A DNA stretch of 10,922 nucleotides from an uncultured delta proteobacterium (GTDB lineage Bacteria; Desulfobacterota; Binatia; UBA9968), in the NCBI GenBank assembly GCA_963745035.1, contig CAVUVW010000028.1:1-10922 (forward strand), given 5' to 3'. Under the pieces are notes generated by a model. It saw only the letters and a program-made list of their open reading frames with translations, searched no databases and had not been told where the DNA came from. Positions 7,560 to 10,922 of the stretch are shown piece by piece. Within the stretch, counting starts at the first letter, position 1. Each line of letters starts with the position of its first letter. Made by a program: the position numbers and the translations under genes.

Positions 7560-8599
7560 AACGGGGATTAAGCATTCTATTGTTCGGATTTGTTTTGGGT
7601 GTTGGTGTTCCCCAACGGCTCATCGCAGGGGATGCCTTCTACGAGGGCAAAACGATCAAAGTCGTCGTCGGTTTTACCTCGGGCGGGTTCTATGATCGCT
7701 GGTCCCGTCTACTTGCGCGTTATGTGCCCAAATATCTGCCCGGCAATCCGGAAATGATCGTGCAGAATATGCCCGGCGCGGGCGGGCTGATCGCGGCCAA
7801 TCACGTCTATGGCGTAGCGAAGCCGGACGGTCTCACCCTCGGCATGACATCCTACGGCATGTACTTGGATCAGATGGTCGGCCGCCAGGAAGTGCAATAC
7901 GACGTGCGTAAGTTCCATTGGATCGGCTCGCCGGAAAAGAGCGATGTCTTGATGTATATGCGCAGCGACGCGCCCTACAAGTCGATCGAAGACATCCGCA
8001 AAGCCAGCACGCCGCCCAAATGCGGCTCCACCGGAACAGCGGGCACCGATTATATTTTAGCGCGCCTGCTCGAAGACACGCTTGGAGCAAAAATCGAAAC
8101 GGTTTTAGGTTACCCCGGCGGAAGCGAGATTGATTTGGCGGTGGAAAAAGGCGAGGTCCAGTGCCGGGGGCTCACCGCAGCGCCGTTTTTTGGCCGGGAG
8201 CCGTTTATCTCCTGGCGCAAGCGAAATTTCGTTAACGTTTTGCTTTACGGTGGAGTCAAGCGCGATCCGCGTATTCCGGATACGCCGACAATCTACGAAA
8301 TTTTCGACAAAGAAAACACTCCGGAGGAGAGTCGGCGCGTCGCCGATGTCATTCTGCGCGGCGGTGATTTCGGCCGTCCCTGGGTAATGCCACCAGCAAC
8401 CCCACCACAAGTCGTGAAGACGATGCGCGATGCCTACGCCAAGGCCATGGCGGACACGACGCTGCTGGACGAAGCCAAGAAAGGAAAATTGGAGGTCGAG
8501 TACGTTCCTGGTGAAGAATTGCAACAGCTTGCCGAGAAGATGCTTAACCAGCCGCCAGGGGTGGTCGCGCGGGTTAAGAAACTTCTCGCGAGAAAATAA
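7556..8599 (+). CDS. tctC: TctC/Bug SBP copy 5, subfamily B
   Basis: 347 aa. Signal peptide followed by AFYEGK. Motifs GFTSGGFYD, IVQNMPGAGG, AKPDGLT, KCGSTG, GYPGGSEIDLAVEKGEV and FGRPWVMPP. SD AAGGAG at 7544-7549. ATGA overlap with the end of the mscS frame. Confidence 0.92.
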   Translation: MKRGLSILLFGFVLGVGVPQRLIAGDAFYEGKTIKVVVGFTSGGFYDRWSRLLARYVPKYLPGNPEMIVQNMPGAGGLIAANHVYGVAKPDGLTLGMTSYGMYLDQMVGRQEVQYDVRKFHWIGSPEKSDVLMYMRSDAPYKSIEDIRKASTPPKCGSTGTAGTDYILARLLEDTLGAKIETVLGYPGGSEIDLAVEKGEVQCRGLTAAPFFGREPFISWRKRNFVNVLLYGGVKRDPRIPDTPTIYEIFDKENTPEESRRVADVILRGGDFGRPWVMPPATPPQVVKTMRDAYAKAMADTTLLDEAKKGKLEVEYVPGEELQQLAEKMLNQPPGVVARVKKLLARK

Positions 8600-8632
8600 T
8601 GACGCAGCTTAATTCAATAAGCAGGAGGATCT

Positions 8633-9673
8633 ATGGTTAGACGATTGCACAGCTTGGTTTTGGCAACGCTTATGTTGGTGTTGTGGAGTTCGGCAAGTCC
8701 GGCGCAGACGCCTTACTACGCCGGCAAGACGATAACGATTATCGCCGGCACCAAGGCCGGCGACGTGTATGATCTCTATGCCCGCATGTTCGCGCAATTC
8801 ATGCCGAAATATATTCCCGGCAATCCCAACATCATCGTGCAAAATATGGCCGGCGCCGGGTCCATGATCGCCGCCAACTTCGTCTATAACGTCTCCAACC
8901 CGGACGGCCTGACGATCGGCGCGATATTTCCCGCGCTCTATTTTGACCAGGTCGTGCAGCGCTCCGAGGTAAAATACGATTGGAGCAAGTTCGCCTGGAT
9001 CGGCAGTCCGGTCACGTCCAATCATCTGCTCTACATGCGCGCGGATTCGCCCTACAAGACAATTCACGACGTCGTCAAAGCGGGCACCGCGCCGAAATGC
9101 GGCGCCACGGGTACCAGCTCGACCGCGTACTACATACCGAAGCTTTTGGAAGAAGTCATCGGAACCAATTTCGAAATCGTTCTTGGATATCAATCCGGCC
9201 AGGATATCGATCTCGCCGTGGAGCGAAATGAAGTCGTTTGCCGGTCGTTTACGCTGACGGCGTTCTTCGCGCGAGAACCTTTCACGTCATGGCGCAAGAA
9301 AAAGTTCGTCAATGTGTTGGTGCAAACCGGAAGGAAGCGCGACAAGAGAATACCGCAGGTGCCGACGATCCATGAATTGATGGATCAATACAAGACTTCG
9401 CAGGCGGGAAGAAACCTGGCCACTCTGGTGCTTGCCGCCGGCGATTTCGGCCGCCCCTACGTGATGCCGCCGAACACCCCCGCCCAGCAGGTCAAGATTA
9501 TCCAAGAGGCGTTCGTGAAAACCTTGAACGACGAAGCCGTCAAGGCCGACGCGGCAAAGAAAAAACTCGAGCTCGATCCATCGAGCGCCGACGAGCTCGA
9601 AAAACTTGCGAAGGAAGTCACCGGCCAATCCCCCGACGTCGTCGCCAAGATGAAAAAGTTGTTGTCAAAATGA
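8633..9673 (+). CDS. tctC: TctC/Bug SBP copy 6, subfamily B, with a variant N-terminal loop motif
   Basis: 346 aa. Signal peptide ending SPA|QTPYYAGK. Motifs GTKAGDVYD, IVQNMAGAGS, PDGLT, KCGATG, IDLAVERNEV and FGRPYVMPP. SD AGGAGG at 8623-8628. Confidence 0.9.
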   Translation: MVRRLHSLVLATLMLVLWSSASPAQTPYYAGKTITIIAGTKAGDVYDLYARMFAQFMPKYIPGNPNIIVQNMAGAGSMIAANFVYNVSNPDGLTIGAIFPALYFDQVVQRSEVKYDWSKFAWIGSPVTSNHLLYMRADSPYKTIHDVVKAGTAPKCGATGTSSTAYYIPKLLEEVIGTNFEIVLGYQSGQDIDLAVERNEVVCRSFTLTAFFAREPFTSWRKKKFVNVLVQTGRKRDKRIPQVPTIHELMDQYKTSQAGRNLATLVLAAGDFGRPYVMPPNTPAQQVKIIQEAFVKTLNDEAVKADAAKKKLELDPSSADELEKLAKEVTGQSPDVVAKMKKLLSK

Positions 9674-9692
9674 CCGGTTGCACGACATCGGT

Positions 9693-9747
9693 GGCCGCGG
9701 CGCGTTCGTAAGCGAGTTTAGCGCTCGTTCCGAGCGCCGTCGCGGCC
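9693..9747. repeat. Long imperfect GC-rich inverted repeat between SBP copies 6 and 7
   Basis: Nested arms GGCCGC/GCGGCC, GGCGC/GCGCC, TCG/CGA and GCGAG/CTCGT, separated by small bulges. No following T-tract, so it is not called a terminator. Confidence 0.55.
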
Positions 9748-9760
9748 CATGAGGTGAGAA

Positions 9761-10801
9761 ATGATCAAAGGAGCTGGTTGTAAAATTTTGATTTTAGCGT
9801 TGGCTCTGCTGTTAGGCGCGCCAGGAGCGGTTTGGGCGGAGGATTTTTACAAAGGCAAGAACATTCGGCTCATCGTCGGCCAAGCCGCCGGCGGGGGGTA
9901 CGACACTTACGTCCGCACGATCGCGCGCCATATCAGCAAACATATTCCCGGCAATCCCGCCACCACCGTAGAAAACATGGAAGGCGCGGGAAGTTTGATT
10001 TCGGCGAACTACGTACACCGCCAGGCGAGCCCGGACGGACTTACGGTGGTGATTTTCAATAATTCGCTGGTAGTGCAGAACGCCTTGGGCGACCCGCGGG
10101 TGAAAATCGATTTTCGTAAGCTTGGCTGGGTCGGCGCGCCGAGCGTCGGCGTTCCGGTGTGCATGGTGATGGGCTTTACCGGGTTGAAGAGTTTGAAGGA
10201 CGTGCTCGAAACGAAGAAAACACTGAAGGCGGGTGCTACCCGAGCCGGCTCCGCCGGCTATGACCTGCCGTTGATTCTCAACCAAACTTTGGGCACGACG
10301 TTCGAGGTGATCAGCGGCTTTACCGGCACGGCGACCACGCGGGTCGCCCTGCAGAAGCGCGAGATCAATGCGTTCTGTTCCCAGTGGGAATCCATGCGCG
10401 TGACCGCGCGCGCGATGTTGGATGCGCCCGGCGAGGACAAACTCATTCCGTTTATCATCAGCGAGCGCTGGGAAGATCCGGAGGTCAAAGACTTGCCGCT
10501 GTTCAAGGACGCCATCAAGGATCCAAAGAAATACGCGATCTTTCGCGCCTGGGCTTCCCAGATGGATTTTCAGCGGCCGCTGACCGTCGCCCCCGGAACG
10601 CCGAAGGACCGTTTGGCAATTTTGCGCAAAGGCTTGGCCGAAACTCTCAGAGATCCCGCGCTTCTCGCCGAGGCGAAGAAATCGAAGCTCGTGATCACGC
10701 CGGTTTCGGGGGAAAAAACCGAAAAGCTCGTGGATGAAATTCTTTCGATGTCCGCGGATGTCAAGGAAAGCCTGGCTTTCCTCGTGCGCAAGCCAAAATA
10801 G
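9761..10801 (+). CDS. tctC: TctC/Bug SBP copy 7, subfamily A
   Basis: 346 aa. Signal peptide ending VWA|EDFY. Motifs GQAAGGGYD, VENMEGAGS, SPDGLT, CMVMGFTGL, CSQWESMRVTARAMLD and FQRPLTVAPGTPKDRL. SD GAGGTG at 9751-9756. Confidence 0.93.
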   Translation: MIKGAGCKILILALALLLGAPGAVWAEDFYKGKNIRLIVGQAAGGGYDTYVRTIARHISKHIPGNPATTVENMEGAGSLISANYVHRQASPDGLTVVIFNNSLVVQNALGDPRVKIDFRKLGWVGAPSVGVPVCMVMGFTGLKSLKDVLETKKTLKAGATRAGSAGYDLPLILNQTLGTTFEVISGFTGTATTRVALQKREINAFCSQWESMRVTARAMLDAPGEDKLIPFIISERWEDPEVKDLPLFKDAIKDPKKYAIFRAWASQMDFQRPLTVAPGTPKDRLAILRKGLAETLRDPALLAEAKKSKLVITPVSGEKTEKLVDEILSMSADVKESLAFLVRKPK

Positions 10802-10922
10802 CTCGGCGTTGCGAGCCGCTACGCGCGAAAGGCCTCCTCACCACGCGCGCGGGTGCCGTCTCCGGAATCGATGCGCCGAAATGCGCGCTTATCGGGACAG
10901 TGCCAAGCGCACAATACGCTGA

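Noticed and set aside
99-10791. Many minus-strand and alternative-frame ORFs (e.g. 109-669, 3008-3667, 4783-5619, 6088-6786, 8609-9193, 9812-10285)
   Set aside because: They overlap well-supported + strand genes, have no recognisable motifs, and several are antisense echoes of the same conserved tctC codons. They are typical shadow ORFs of GC-rich DNA.
349-10801. CRISPR-like or DGR-like repeats suggested by recurring DNA motifs (e.g. GGCGGCGGCTACGA, ATTCCCGGCAATCC, TGGATCGGC)
   Set aside because: These are coding matches between paralogs at about 1.1-kb spacing. There are no cas, reverse transcriptase or recombinase genes and no template/variable repeat pair.
10801-10922. Terminator or new gene after copy 7 (hairpin GCTCG...CGAGC at 10801-10816; ORF 10734-10922)
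   Set aside because: The stem is 5 bp with no T-tract. The ORF overlaps copy 7 out of frame and has no recognisable features.

Overview
All genes lie on the + strand in one operon-like run. The window holds an expanded tripartite tricarboxylate transporter (TTT) locus: seven paralogous TctC/Bug-family periplasmic solute-binding proteins (SBPs) surround a single 704-aa membrane gene in which TctA is fused to a C-terminal TctB-like domain. The SBPs form two sequence subfamilies: A (copies 1-4 and 7) and B (copies 5-6). Copies 2 and 3 are broken by five +1 insertions, which look more like sequencing or assembly errors than decay. A degraded mscS pseudogene (internal deletion, 4-bp duplication, nonsense codon) lies between the permease and the B-type SBPs. 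The window starts in the 3' end of another probable SBP gene. I saw no RNA genes, CRISPR arrays or mobile elements. The most notable points are the TctA-TctB fusion with altered signature motifs, the 7:1 SBP-to-permease layout with diversified binding pockets, and an SD-sequestering hairpin that may couple permease translation to SBP copy 4. All family calls come from motif recognition by eye, not database searches.
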